Source: the human T2T-CHM13v2.0 reference genome, Homo sapiens
Reading direction: 5' to 3' (one strand)
Assembly (NCBI RefSeq): GCF_009914755.1
Contig: NC_060932.1
Length of the DNA stretch: 64,000 bases
The number at the start of each line of letters is the position of its first letter. Position 1 is the first letter of the stretch. Shown here piece by piece: positions 31,996 through 46,150 of this stretch. Made by a program: the position numbers and the translations under genes. The notes beneath the pieces are model-generated. The model was not told the DNA's origin, did not search any database, and was given only the letters and a program-made list of their open reading frames with translations.

Positions 31996-33177
31996 GGCAA
32001 TATCCTTGCCTCTTCATTACTTTAAGTATAGTTATCCACATTCACATTTAAATAAGATGCCATTAAAAAAACAGGTTTTCTTTTTACTGATACCACCTTC
32101 TTCTAAGAAAATATCCTGACTTTAATATATTTATCAAATGTAAATTAATAAACAGCGTCATTCACATATTACTTGGTAGAATTTAGCTGTTTCTCTCTCC
32201 TTTAAAAGGTGTTAGATATAAAGTAATAATTTTGGATAAACACAGGGACTTAGGTTGAGTTCCTGCTAAGTATGAAGCAAATAACATCCTCAAAAAATTG
32301 CATTGTCTGCTTTTCCAAGAAGTTATCCCTGGTCTTGTGATACTCAATGTTATGTTGCAAAATCATTAGGGGGTGAATTGCTTTTAGTAGTAGCTACCCA
32401 AGCTCTATTCCTATACTGAACAGCTTCCCCTTGTCCCACAACTTCTAATTATTATTGGGGACAATAAAATTCTGCTATGATTTGACTTATATGAGTGTTT
32501 CACAATCAAAAGAATAAGGAGGACTCTTTCTATGAGTAGTACTTACCACATAATTATCCTTTGGATGTTATTTTAATCAATGTAGTGAGAAATATTTGAA
32601 AATACGATTTTTAAAAATGATAAAGCTATGAATAGCAGTCTTCATGTACAGCTACACAGCTATATGTAGACAACTGCATGTATAATTATGGAAATAAATC
32701 ATCTGCCTATGCCTAATACTGTGTTAGGTGCCATGGACAAGGCAGAATGAAGGCCTTTAAAATTTATATTGATTTCTGGGAAACTATTTTAAAACAAACG
32801 TCATAAAATCATTCAGAAAGTAAAAGGCAAGATCAATATTTAAAATCAATACATAGCCATTATTTTGCTTTTAGTAGTGACCGACATTTCTGTTTTATAT
32901 TTGTTTTCTGTGATCCTCTGACTTTATTAGGTGAATGTGTGATTCACTTAATCTTTCAAAAGGCTCTATGAGCAGGAAACTCAAATGTTTAGTAAATGGA
33001 ACAGAGTCAGAGAGATGACAGAAACTTGTTTGCGGATGCCATTTTGAAGGAGTTAGCTGTTGACCCACCCACTTTCCAACCAAGGAAATAAACACAAAAC
33101 ATTTTTATTTCCTATCTGAAGACCAACAGGCCTGAGTTTTCCCTAGTAAAAACAATTATGTAAAACTTTGACATTTG

Positions 33178-33445
33178 TATCAGTCGAGATCCCAAGAGGA
33201 AACAGATGGCACATTGAAATTAGGATATGTTGAAGTAGTTTTCATGCACAAAGGAAATAATTAGAAAGTAGGGAGATGGTATAAAGAACCACACAGGTTA
33301 GTTCTGGGACATGAAGAACAGCCAGCGGTTGTCATCGTTGGATCTGAAAGAGGGAGAGGTTAGTGACATGTAGAAGGAAACAGTCCCTTAGTGAAGGTGA
33401 GACTGAGAGGAGCAGTGACCTCTGGGGGACACTCAGCCATCAGGG
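33178..33445. mobile_element. ERVL/MaLR-type LTR fragment (paralog at ~26643-26812)
   Basis: TGTATCAGTCGAGATCCCAAGAGGAAACAGATGGCAC, an LTR-like start. Confidence 0.55.
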
Positions 33446-35099
33446 TCATATTTTGGGTGATCTTTCTTATAATTTTTCTTGTTTTCTATAATTTCTTATC
33501 TTCTATAATTTCTTATAATCTTTTGTATACTTTTCAAAGTTTTCAAGATTTTGAGAGTACAATTGAATTACCCTTATTTTAAAAAGTTGTCTTCCTCACA
33601 GCACAGTGTGGTTGTAAGCCTATCATGACATTGCGCCCCCTATGAAACCTTCCACACATGATCATGAGACTTCTGGCCACCAACAGGGAGGGAGGGAAGG
33701 CCTGCTCTGTGGCTGCCAGGCATTTCCACGTATGAGTTTAAAGACACCGAGGGGATTACATCAAACTTAGAATAACATGTCATATAATTAAGTGGAAAAT
33801 AATTCTTTAAAGACTGAAGAAATGGGTCGGATTTGTAGCAAAGAGGAAAATCATATATAAAGGTTTCCAATTATTAGTCACACTAAGTATTTTCAGGAAA
33901 ATAACTCTTGTGATTTCCATGTTCAAAAGTGATCGTGAATTTGTGCCTTAATCTATCCTAGAAAAGTTTTTCTGTGCCTAGGAGTATGGTACCAGAAATA
34001 GCCTTTAAGTGACACAGATAAAATTTTCCTGAATGACAGCTGTCCTCAGACCAATTTATTGCAAGCCTGCAGACATGGTACAAAATGTTAATAGATTACT
34101 GAAAACATTTTCGTTATTGTGATTAGGTATTTCTTAGCTACAAAGATCCATCCATGTGGACAAATGCAGCTCCTTTCAATAGGGGTCAGTTGGCCTAACA
34201 ATTACTTTTAAATTAAAACCTTCTTATATCTTAGGTCAGTATTTGCCTAGCAGAAATGCAATGGTACTATATGTTTCCACTTTATGAAGATTGATTTAAA
34301 AATCATTAAACATTTAAATATTTTTGTGGAACCTTTAGTATAATTTTATAACCTTGTTTGGGGACTTTTTTCATCTTAGGAAGATGAAGCTGTTTTTTTC
34401 CATTTCTAAGGCAAAGTCTACCATATATGGCTTTTTCTACCATATTGTTGAGAGTTAGAAAAGAATTTGACATACTTTGATATAATGTTCCAAGGAAGTA
34501 AACTGGAAACTGACACCCATACAGGTGCTTCTTCATGCTCCAGAAGTTCGACAAGCAAATAACATATCTAACTTGAACCTGTTCCAGGGGTCTCAGAAGG
34601 GATCCATTGGATTCCTTTGGTGACACAAGTGCCTCTGGCATAACCAAAACCCATGCTCTGTGTATGTGCACAAGAGACATGACAATGAATTTGTATAACC
34701 ATTTTTGTTAACAAGGGACGGGACAAAGAGAAGTGCTAGATGCATTTCCTGAAGTATTTTATTCAGTTTATTCAATGTTAAATTTCACAAATGTTCATGA
34801 GAACAATATTAACTGGCCAGGACACTAAAATATGCCCTGGATATAATACTAAGAACTATCATCACCTTGACTTCGAGGAACTTGTAATCAATTTGTGAAG
34901 ACTTGATTTACACATAGAAAATAGTTATTAATAAAGTTATTTAGAAGAAGATAAAGGTCAAATTAGAGACCAAATGTAGAGGCTGCATTATTTTTAAATC
35001 ACAAATTTCTGCTGAGATGCGAAGTGTAGCCCAGCAATCCTATTAACATTCTCTAGTAACTACAACGAAGATTCCCTAGAACGACAACTTCTTTTCTCT

Positions 35100-35965
35100 G
35101 CTGAAAATCTCTAAATACCTGTCTCATTCTCATTTATTGACATCATCTCATTCATCGTTGAGAATATAAAAGCAACAAGAATAGAAACATCACTGCATCT
35201 TCCAATCACCAAATCTAATTCCGTACACCTCCTGCACACACATTCTCTTCTTTCACTTTGGTAAATGCTCCTGTGCCTGCCTAAGCTGAATCCCTCCACT
35301 TGTGCTTTAGATGGACCTATTTTAGTCTACTCGAGACCATACTCTGGAATTAGCTCCCCTCCCTTGAAAAAATCATTTTTCTCCCAAACTGATCATTTCC
35401 ATTGACATACAAATGCATTTTAATTTTAACATTTTCTATATTTCAAACAACAGAAACAAAAATCCAATGCTCCCTTGATTCTTGGTCTTCCTTCAGTTAC
35501 TACTTGATTTTCCTGTTTACCTTGGCAGCAAAATGGGAGCATTCGCCAGGCTCAGTCTCCAAGGCCTCCTGGTCCTTCTTTCTTCCATACAGTGTTAGGG
35601 AGCTTCTCTCCTGGCCTGTGCATTGCCGGGCTGTTATTAAAAACAACAGAGATTTCCATTCTGCCAGAACCAATGGTCAGTTCTCCCTCTCTATCTTATT
35701 TGAATTCTTAGTAGTATCTGGCCTGGCTCACAAGGCCCCTCCCTCTTGAAATGCTTTATTCTCTTCATGACGCTGCCCTCCTGGCTTGTCTCAGGCTTCC
35801 CTGTCTCCAGGTCTCTTTCAGCTCCTTCATTGGTTTCCTTTCTCAGATCAGCTTTTATGTGTTAGAATTCCCAGGGCCCAAGCCTTAATTCTTTTTTTTT
35901 TTTTCTACTTTTAAGCCTCAGGTGATCTCATCTGGTCCCCTGATTTTAAATACCATCTTCATTAG
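35100..35965. mobile_element. L2 fragment
   Basis: CACTTGTGCTTTAGAT; CCAATGGTCAGTTCTC; TTTAAATACCATCT. Confidence 0.7.
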
Positions 35966-36970
35966 GATGGTGTGAAAGTCTGACTGAGTCATTTTTCCTG
36001 CCTCTGGAGGTGACAGAATAGTGCAGAGATTTCAGCTAAGAGAGCACATTGCTGAGAACAAAGTCATTAACTTCTCCAGGGCCAATTTCTAAGCAAGCCC
36101 AGTTTTGTTACGAGAGTGCTATGTCACAGGGGGCAAGAGTGTTGGGATCACTCAACATCAAGATGGTTCAAAGGAGAACTAAGAATGAGAATAGAGTTGA
36201 CTTTGGGGAAAATGCAGGGCACCCAAGTTCCTTCATATAAATTTGCAGGAATCTGAACTATTCAGGCTGTACTATGTGGGGACTGATGATTGATTATCTC
36301 TATGTAAAAAGTGGTTCTACTTTTGGAAAAATGGCTAGATAGCATTTGATTGTGGAGTGAGGGTAGAATCAGAAGCATTTGACAAGAAGTCTGGTGTGGA
36401 ACAATTAAAATTGGGCTGCCTTTTGTTGTGAGCATTAACTTGGGGCAGGTTTGAGAAAAAGAAGCTACCAGAAATATTCACAGGTGTTGCCATTTTTGGC
36501 AATCAGAGCTGCATTCACAGGCACTTAAAGCCTTGCTCCACTCATTCAATCTACTGCTCTGGGATTTCACCAGGCCCTCTCGCTTGCAGATCAGAGGGTC
36601 CTCTTGGGCAACTTAGAGGATGATGCTCTGCATCAAATAAATTCTAGGTGGGAATAGTTAACATATTATGACACATCTCTTAGCGGTCTCCGTGTCTGCC
36701 CAATTCTATGTTTCTCTCATTTCCAGGTGTCCTCCTCTCACCTTCAGTGCCCGGATGCAGGAGGTAACTCCCTGGTGAGGAAGACCTAAGTATATGGCCA
36801 TAGATTCATAAGGAGAATGGAAGAGAAAAGTGCTTTTAAAAGTGATAAATTTGAGAAAAACTTTCAGATGAGATATTCCAAGTTTATTTACTTGTGTTGT
36901 TTTTGTTTCTGTGTTTGGTAAAATGATTCCCCTCTCTGACCCATGATTACTTTATAAACCTTAATGTGCC

Positions 36971-37087
36971 AGCCAGGCATGGTGGTGCACGACTATAATT
37001 CAGTTATTCCAGAGGCTGAGTCAGGAGGATGACTTGAGCCCAGCAGTTTGAGGGTGCAGTGAGCTATGATTGCACCACTGCACCCCT
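36971..37087 (+). mobile_element. FLAM-type Alu monomer
   Basis: GCCAGGCATGGTGGTGCAC...CTTGAGCCCAGCAGTTTGAGGGTGCAGTGAGCTATGATTGCACCACTGCAC. Confidence 0.85.
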
Positions 37088-37394
37088 TAGCCCATGAAAC
37101 ATTATAAACGCCATGCTAATGACCAGAAATGTACTTATGGCAGGTTTTATTCAGTCCAAAAGAACTGCCAAGTACATTTAACTGACTACTGATGATACTA
37201 TAATGTTTTTAACAGGTAAGATACTACACAGAATAGTAATAAATTCTGTCTTTTCAAAATCATGTAAAATCTCAGAAATAGGCTTTCCTCCAAATAAATC
37301 AGCCTTGAAAAGCTTCGAGTGATTGACCCATATTAAAAGGAGTTTAAAAAGCTCCCAAGCCCTTTATGTGCCCATGATACCTTTTGTTCTATTT

Positions 37395-37717
<323 letters not shown>

Positions 37718-40192
37718 TCATTCTATTTTAAATACTAAAAGTAACACAATATGCCATACCTTTTTGTACACGATTCAAGGTCTTAATAAGCTTCTAAAAT
37801 ATGTGTTTTTTTCTGAGATAAATAACCAATTTAGAATTATCCAATAATTCTGGATAAATACCGGAATTAAAACAGTGTCTGCGGAGTAGGACTAGGCAAT
37901 TTTAACTCTTTGTTTTGTACCTTTTCCCTGTTTGAATGTCTATTTCTACATGTATAATAACAATAATAACTACCAAAAACACTTACCTTAATGTGGCCCT
38001 TTTCTTTCATGAGATTTTAGCTCCTTTTAGTATAAGTCAATCACTTGAAGCTTTTCTAGGCTCATTTATTTGGAGGAAAGCCTATTTCTGAGATTTTACA
38101 TAATTTCGAAAAGGCAGAACTTATTACTATTCTATGTGGTATCTTACCTTTTAAAAACATTATAGTATTGTCAGTAGTTAGTGAAATGTACTTGGCAATT
38201 TTGAAATGTACTGTTATAAGTACATTTCTAGGTATACTAGGACAGCATTTATAATTTGTCATGGGCTGAGGGGCCAACACAATGCAGTTAGCATATTTTA
38301 TCTTGTAGAAAACTAGACTTAGATTCTACTGTGCATTCTTGTTCCTTATGTCCCCTTTCTGGTTCTCACCATCTTGCCCAAGACAGAAGATTTTGGATCC
38401 CTTAAGTCCAGTGTGACTCCCCCAGTCCTTGAGATTCACCCTCTGGGAGGCCCCCTTCCATCCTACTCTTTGTACTGTCACAACACATCCTGACTTAGAG
38501 AATGGGTTCACCATGAACTCTTGGAGTTATATTCCCTTCATAGGACTAGGAAGACCTGGATGTCCATCCAGCCTCAATTAATAAGAATTCAAAGGGCAAG
38601 AAAGGTGGACACAGAAATTTCCTTTTTCTGAAGCGCTAAATGGAGCCCTGAAGAACACTTTCTGTGGGATCTGCCAGTCGATTGAGCTCTTTATTTCCTT
38701 TCTAGGCAGGAAACTTCAGACTTCATTTTCATTGTCCAGCAGTGACCTTATTACTGTCTTCCTATTGGAGCTTTCCTGTGTGGTGGGATATGGTGGAATG
38801 TAGGCAGGGATAACCCAGTCCAGAAAGGCTGGCTGAGACTGGAATCTCATTTGCATGTGTGTCCTACTGCACAGTGTACCAGGCATCTCTCTAAAGCTTG
38901 CTTGTGTCATATAACAGAGAGGTGACAATTGCTAGGAAGCCTTTGAACAGCCTCAGGGATGCTCTTCAAAGATATAGTCCATGAAAGTGGGAAATATTTG
39001 TTTTATGTCTGTCTTTAACTGCTATTAATTTTGTTATTAAGATATTCCTCACTAGAATAATAAACTTTAAACAATGTTTTCTCAATAATATACTGAATTT
39101 TATTTAATTTTTTTAAAGAACCTGATTTTTGTTGGTGTGTATAAAAATAAAATTTCTAAAAATGAAGAGACTTCGTTGCAAATCAAATTTTCTTAAAAAA
39201 ATAGAGAGTGTATAGTTCTGTGTTTCACTTACTCAAAATGCATCAGTGAGATTTGCTAACAATTGTGTAATTTACCAACAATGATAATGATTTACTGTCA
39301 TTATACTATATGAATTTAAGATTAATTAAACATACTTAGTTCTGTCATGTAGTTCTTTGTAGCAGAATTTACGCCACAGCATGGTTTCCTCCTATTTAAA
39401 AAATCAATGCACTGGAAAACTTATAAATAATTTATTTCTCTAGGACTTGTCAACCACACTTTCATAAATGCATTCTAGTGTATGAGAAAGGCCCCGGAGG
39501 AGAAAAAATGATTCAATCAGTGACAATGGAGTTACTGACGGATACCAACTGAAATACTGTCACATAGGCAGCTACAATTTACATGTACTCAAATGTCTTA
39601 TTAATTTCAAAGAGAGGGTTTTATATTCAGGCTGACACATTTTTCTTAGAACTGCTAAGGATGTGACTTTTCTAAATTTCTGAGAAATTTATATTTTAAA
39701 AGCTGGTCTGTGCTACTGCACATTTCATCTTTCGAAGGTAGGAAGATATTTATTTACTCTGGCCCTACTTGAGCAGGGAATCGTAGTAGGCAATGCAGGT
39801 GGTGGTGGTACCTGTGTGTCAGGGTTTGTGCGGGGATGTTCTCGTGTCACCCTAGAGGCTAAATTATTTAAGGTCTTTGGAATTTTTGAAATACGTAAGT
39901 CCTGTATTTCTTTTTCTTGAGACTTTCTCAAGAAACTCGCATGATGATATATTGCTATAGAATATTTGGGGGATAGATATGTCACAGTTGTGAAATGGGT
40001 ACTGCCTATGTGTCGACTATTAATAGAATTGAAAACTTGGCATTCCCAGTCACAATTCCTAACCTCCAACTTTTTGGTGCTTAAGAGGAAAACAAAGTAA
40101 AAAATAAAAACCAACATTTAAAAAGTTGCAATCTAAAAACCCTTTTACTCTGCATCACCTTATTGATTGGGTGGATTCTTAACTTGGTACAA

Positions 40193-40619
40193 GTAGTGGG
40201 TTGAATGGTGCTTCCACTCCCCAAAGATTCTCCACTCAGAACCTGTAAATGGGACCATATTTGGAAAAAGGATCACTGCAGATGTTATTAGATTAAGGGC
40301 CCTGAGATGAGATCATCCTGGAATATCCAGATGGGCCCCAAATCCAGTGACAAGTGCCCTTATGAGAGAAAGGCAGAAGACATTTGAGACATAAAGACAC
40401 AGAGAGGAGGCAGAGATTGACCAAGAAATGGCTGGAACTGCCAGAAGCTGGATGAGGCAAGGAATGGACTATTTTTTAGAAACTTTGGAAGGAGTGTGGC
40501 CTTGCTGACAGCTTGATTTCAGACTTTTGGCCTCCAGAACTGTGAAAGAATAAATTTCTATTGTCTTAAGCCACCCAGTTTGTGGTGATTTGTAACAGTA
40601 GCCCTAGAGAATGAATACA
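40193..40619 (+). mobile_element. MLT1 (B/C/D-like) solo LTR
   Basis: GTAGTGGGTTGAATGG...TGAGATGAGATCATCCTGG...GCCTCCAGAACTGTGAAAGAATAAATTTC...AATGAATACA. Confidence 0.85.
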
Positions 40620-42370
40620 GGGCATATGATATTGTATAGGTAGGTCTATTTTACACTAACCTGAGGATAGGACTTTACTCACTTATTTCCTTTGGGGTGT
40701 ACTTATGCACACTACCATGTGATTTCTGTAGCAATTTTATCTCCAATTCATATCACTAAAATATTAATATGTGCAAATATGATAAAATTATCCTAAGACA
40801 GCTCCCAAATCTAAGACTACCCTACCTTCTTTGGATAGAGGCAAGTTCCTGTGGTCACCACCTGGGAGTACCCTAATCTGTGACACTGGCCTCTACACGT
40901 CAAACTTTGTATTTTGGTATCCTCAAATTTTCTTCAAATGTGTAAATTAAAAAAAAAACAAAACAATTTGTGCAAATCTTAGAATAACAGTTAATGTAGA
41001 ATAAACTATATATAACTCTGATGACACAATGGCACAATTTCATGGTATATAACCTACCAGGCATATAAAGTGTTTAAATATCTTTGTAAGATAGTCTCAT
41101 CTTTATGTTCTTCTTTAGTCTTCAGATCTAGTCCTATGGAGAAGAAGGATTATTTTTATCCTCCCAAGATTCCCACATTTTAGGCAGTACAAATTCCTCC
41201 CAAACTGAACTAGGATTTCTCACCAGTTGTGTAATCTATATCTGAATTCTGAGTTTTCTATCTTTTAGGCTCCCTGAGTCTCCAACAAAGAACAACACTG
41301 GGGATTCCCTCTTTCGTCCTTCCTTCCACATTCCCTCTTCTCCTTTCTCTACTTTTTCCTCCTCTGTGTCCTTCATCCTAACATATTCGTCATGCTGTCA
41401 CAGGCCATTAGAGCAGCCCTTTGGTTCTTGCTTGTGTTTTCATTTTGCTCATCCTTTCATTTCTGTCTCTTTTTCACTCCCCCTGTAGGAAATTTGAAAG
41501 ATGTTTGACAAAACTAAGATGTCCAGGTCTTGTTTCTTCCTACCTTTGTCCCTTCCCTCTCCACTGTCCCTGGCATGTCTCCCACCATGGGTCACCTCTT
41601 TTATTTTAGAGAGATGAAGGAAAGCACAGACAGGTAATTCCAAGTTCTTGACTTCAGTTAAGTTGAACATGGGTAGCTTAATCCATCCTACATTTTTATT
41701 TTGAGAGAAGAGGGATGAGAGTCCCAACTCCAAAAGTGAATACTAAGCCCTCCCGCCCCTCTTACTTGTATTAGTTGTGCTCTCTCAGACATAAAGGAAT
41801 AGAGAAGAGTGGAGGTCACCAGGAATGACAGGCGGCTCCTAGAAGGATGCCTGTCCTCTCCATATTCTCAACCCCTCCAGGAGCTAAGCGCACGTCTGGT
41901 GGGCTTTCTCCCGGGGGGGGCCTGCCAGTATCCCTGTGTGGCTGCCTCTGGGCTAGGCACCGAAGCCTCCAAGCACATGGCTGCTGTTGAAGGTGTCCAT
42001 GGCAGAGAGCATGGCAGCTGTGCTCAAAGATGAGGTGAGCTTTTGGCAGCTTCATTCCCAAGGGGCAATGGGCATGACTGTACCAGGCATTGCATGGACT
42101 GCCCTTCGGCTCAGTATTCTTCTCTGTTATCTGCAGTGTCCCTCTCTCCTGCAGCCACTGACGCCTACCCAGTGAGGCTCTTGTACAGATTAGAAATAAT
42201 ACATGCAAGGGCCTGGCAGGCAACTAGTGACAACACTTATTACTTTGATTTCCCATCTCTTTCCACTGTAGGTAACCTTTCCAATCTGAAAAAAATCTTT
42301 CATTCTTCAATCATTCATTTACTTATGTATTCAACAACTATTTATTGATCACCTACTATATATTATGCAG

Positions 42371-42652
42371 TGCTATGGTTTGGATATAATTTATTTGGCT
42401 CTGCCAAGTTTTGTGTTGAAATCTTGGCATCTACCCAAAGGAAAAGAAAAAAGTATGTCAAAAAGATCTGCACACACCGGCAACCCTTTGCCTTTCACCA
42501 CTTGTGGAAGCAGTCTGAGGGCTTCATCAGATGCAGGCACAGTGTCATACTTCTTGTACAGTCTGCAGAACTGTGAGCCAAATAAACCCCTTTTCTCTAT
42601 AAATTACCCAGCTTCAGGTATTCCTTCAGAGCAGTGCAAATGGACTAAGACA
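42371..42652 (+). mobile_element. MST-type LTR (internally deleted) inside an L2 3' fragment (~42300-42725)
   Basis: TGCTATGGTTTGGATAT...CAGAACTGTGAGCCAAATAAACC...TGGACTAAGACA. Confidence 0.8.
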
Positions 42653-43159
42653 TACACTTTTCTCAGGCCCTAGGAATAAAGGTGAAAATGACAGGGTTTC
42701 TGTTCTCAAGGAATTCACAGCTTATTCAAACTGTCCAACAGCAGAGGGAAGAAGGTCCACAGCAAGGCTGGACACGATGTAAGTGTGCACTTCATTTTTG
42801 TTGATGACAAGCAGTTCAAACATTATTATTTTGTCCATTGCAAGAAATATGGTACTTCAGAGAAGAGTCAGAACAGACATAGATTTGACTTTTTGTATGT
42901 GAAATCTCCATCTGAAAATATGAGGTTCCTGATGAAGAAAGTCTAGCATTGATTAGGGAGTTCATTTCCCTGAAATAGTGAGAGGTGAAATTAGAAATAA
43001 AAACGCAGAAGAAATCATCAAAGAGATTGTCCATGGAGAGTAAGACGAGTAGGAATGTATATCCTCTGAAATGATTTTAGTATTCATTTATAAACTATTG
43101 ACAGACAAGAACCACAAAGGTTTAGTATGTAATGTACTTTATCTTTCAAATAATGAATC

Positions 43160-43270
43160 ACACATTGAGGCTCAGAGATGTTAGAAAACTTGCTCAGTCA
43201 CCCGCTAGTAGGCAGTAGAGTGAGGACTTGGAGTCAGGAGACTCAGACGCCTAAGCTCCTGCTCTTCCCT
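43160..43270. mobile_element. MIR fragment
   Basis: TGAGGCTCAGAGATGTTAG..ACTTGCTC. Confidence 0.6.
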
Positions 43271-44191
43271 GACTGTTGGTAGCCTTCATGCCTGTAATCT
43301 GAGAAACTGTTTGGGGCCTCTTCACTTATCTGGGGATATGATCCATCTTATACATTGTCCAGGGGAATGTAAACTTAGATGATTTGCTTTCAACAAACAA
43401 GAGTCACTCATTTCCAGCCCCACTAGAAACGGGGAAAAAAAAAAGCGCCACTTATTGAAATAGAAAAAAAAATCCTTAAGTCAGGGCAACGGTCTAATAA
43501 TAATTTCTATTCACAAACCACTTCAGTGTTGACTTCTACCATTTTACATTTTACCCTTGAAAATCTGAGATAAAAAAATAAGAAAATAATTTATTAAAGT
43601 CTTCATTCTTCTCCCCTTTAAGAAAAAATATAGAGAAAAATGATGGAAACATATCAAACTGCGTAAGACAGAAGAAGATGTTAGAATCACTCTTCAGATT
43701 TATTTTAGTGCTAAACAAAAAGGAAATGTTGTCTAGTTTCTCATATGGAAAACAAAGCTTCAACCTGTATTTTATGATGACGATTGGCATACACAATCTT
43801 AGAGTACGAATTACAAGAAGAACCCTGGTTTACAAAGTTTGGACTCCCAGGAAAATGTTGACGGGTTTAATAAATTAATGTAAACACTAAGAATAAATTT
43901 AGAAATATACACGAAGTTTATTTTTTTTTCTAAAGCACAGAGAAATTATCAACCACACACTATATACCATTGCATTTGAATTATGGAATCTTTGTCCCAT
44001 AGATTCTCTTTGAGTAGCCACCATTTTTCAGGACATGTTGAAGTTTACAATTTTTACTGGAAATGTAGCTTTATGTAGTTTCCTCTAAAATTCAAGGGAA
44101 AAGAATTTGTTTCTAACTTCAATATCAATAAAAGACAGATTTAAATGGCTTATAATAAGAAAAAATAGTGGATAGAAGTTTAGTTTTCAAT

Positions 44192-44640
44192 TGTACTACT
44201 TTTCTAGTGTGACAAAGTTACATCAAAGCAGCAGATAGGGCAGCTTAAAGCAACAGAAAACAATCTCACAATTATGGAGTCCAAAGTCTAAAGTCACGGT
44301 TTTAGCAGAGTTGTGCTCCCTCTGAATTCTGCAAGAAAGCAACCTTTTTCTTCTCCCTCGCTTCTAGTGGAGGCTGGCAGTCCTTGGTGTTCTTGGCTTG
44401 CTGACGCAGCACTTCAGTCTTTGCCTCCCATGTCATGTGGTGTTCTTCCCTTGCATGCCTGTGTCTTCTCATGAAGACACCAGCCATACTGGATTAAGGC
44501 TTTACCCTACTCCAGTATGACCTCATCTTACTAACGAATTACATCTGCAAAGACACTATTTCCAAATAAGTTTACATTCTGAGGTATTGGGGGTTAGGGC
44601 TCAACATGTCTTTTGGGGGAGACACAATTCAACCCATATC
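44192..44640 (-). mobile_element. MLT1 (B/C-like) solo LTR
   Basis: CCAGTATGACCTCATCTTA...ACATCTGCAAAGACACTATTTCCAAATAAG...GACACAATTCAACCCAT. Confidence 0.85.
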
Positions 44641-44689
44641 ATCCATTGATCATTTTTTTCTTTAAATTAAAAAAAAAAAAACCCTTTGG

Positions 44690-45520
44690 TATTGAAACTG
44701 TTTAGATGTACACAGAAGTTACAAAGATAGTACAGAGCATTCTCATACATCCTTCACCCAGCTTCTAATGTTAGCAACTTTCATATCCATGCTACTATTA
44801 ATTAAGCCAGAAACTTTATTTGTATTTCACTAATTTTTTCACTAACGCCTATTTTTGTTTTTGTTGTTGTTGTTCCAGAATTCAACCCAGAACACCAAGT
44901 TTCATTTAGTCAACTTTGTCGCACCTCCAATCTGTGACAATCTTTTGTGTTTCCCTGGTTTTCACGAACTTGCCATAGAGACTTTGAAGAATACTGGACA
45001 GATACTTTGTAGAATGTTTTCATTTCGATTTCTTTCTGATTTTTTCCTGATTTTTTCCTTAGATTAGACTGACATTATGAATTTTGGGAAAGATATTTTA
45101 GAGGGGAAATCCTCTACCCATCACATTATATTGGGGGTACATGATATCAACATGGCTTATTCTAGATGATGCTAATCTTGATCCCCTTGATAAAGTGCCG
45201 TATGACAGGTTTCTCTATGGGAAAGTTACCATTTTCCCTTTACATGCTCTATTCTTTGGAAGCAAGTCAATAAATCCAGCAACATGGAGAGTAAGTAGAA
45301 TTAAGTTTCACCTTCTGGAAGAAGGGAATATCAAATAATCTGGGGACATGTGTTAAAACCATTAGAGTAATTAATAAATATCTTGAGGAAGATACTTTGA
45401 GGCTATACAGATAACCTGTTTCTCCTTAAAGACTGACCCATTAATTTTAGCACTCATCAGTGGATCTTGCCTGCGGCAATTATTACTGCGCTATTCAGTG
45501 GTGATGTTCCACTTTGCTCA
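44690..45520 (-). mobile_element. L1MC-like 3' fragment(s)
   Basis: AGAAGTTACAAAGATAGTACAGAG; TTGAAGAATACTGGACAGATACTTTGTAGAATG; AGATACTTTGAGGCTATACAGAT. Confidence 0.7.
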
Positions 45521-45719
45521 TACCATATTCTTTATAAGAGCAACTAAAAAATAGGAATCCTGATGCAAGATTAAAGTAACTATATCTGCTGGGATGGTTT
45601 GGGACTATTAAAATGCATTCATAGTGCTTTCATTCTAATAATATCAGCCCTAAGAAATAAAAGCCCCTGGGCATGCTTTCTTATGGATGCCAAGTGCATT
45701 TGAGCAGTGAATGATGCAA

Positions 45720-46150
45720 AGGTAGGTACTTAATGGTCCCGAGAGAAGGTGTGTCACCCTTCTGTGACAGAGCTCATTTGCATACACATGGTTAGCCCCA
45801 GCAGGGGTGTGCATTCAGGGGTCTCCCAGAGCAGAAACATAGACATTTTCAGCAAAAAGCAGCTCTTTGTAAACTTTATAACCTCAATCCAAACTCCAGG
45901 TGTCAGTTTACAGCTTTTCAGATTGACATCTTAAATCAAGAAAATGTCACATGTGTACAGTAACTGGCCTAATCTTTTCTATAAATTGCTGCTTGCGGTT
46001 TTCAAAAACATAGTAAGTTGCTGGCAATTGACAATGTGTCTCTTTGCATGGCTAACTTCACTTCTGCACGGTTAACAAATCAGTCTTTAATTATTCATGC
46101 ACATCACACTATGTCTAGGCCTTGATTGACAGCTATTGATTTTAGGGAAC
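45720..46150. promoter_or_regulatory. Candidate enhancer with PBX/MEIS, octamer and homeobox motifs
   Basis: TGATTGACAG at 46123-46132, several further TGACA sites, ATTTGCAT at 45776, TAATTA at ~46088. No recognisable repeat here. Confidence 0.4.
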
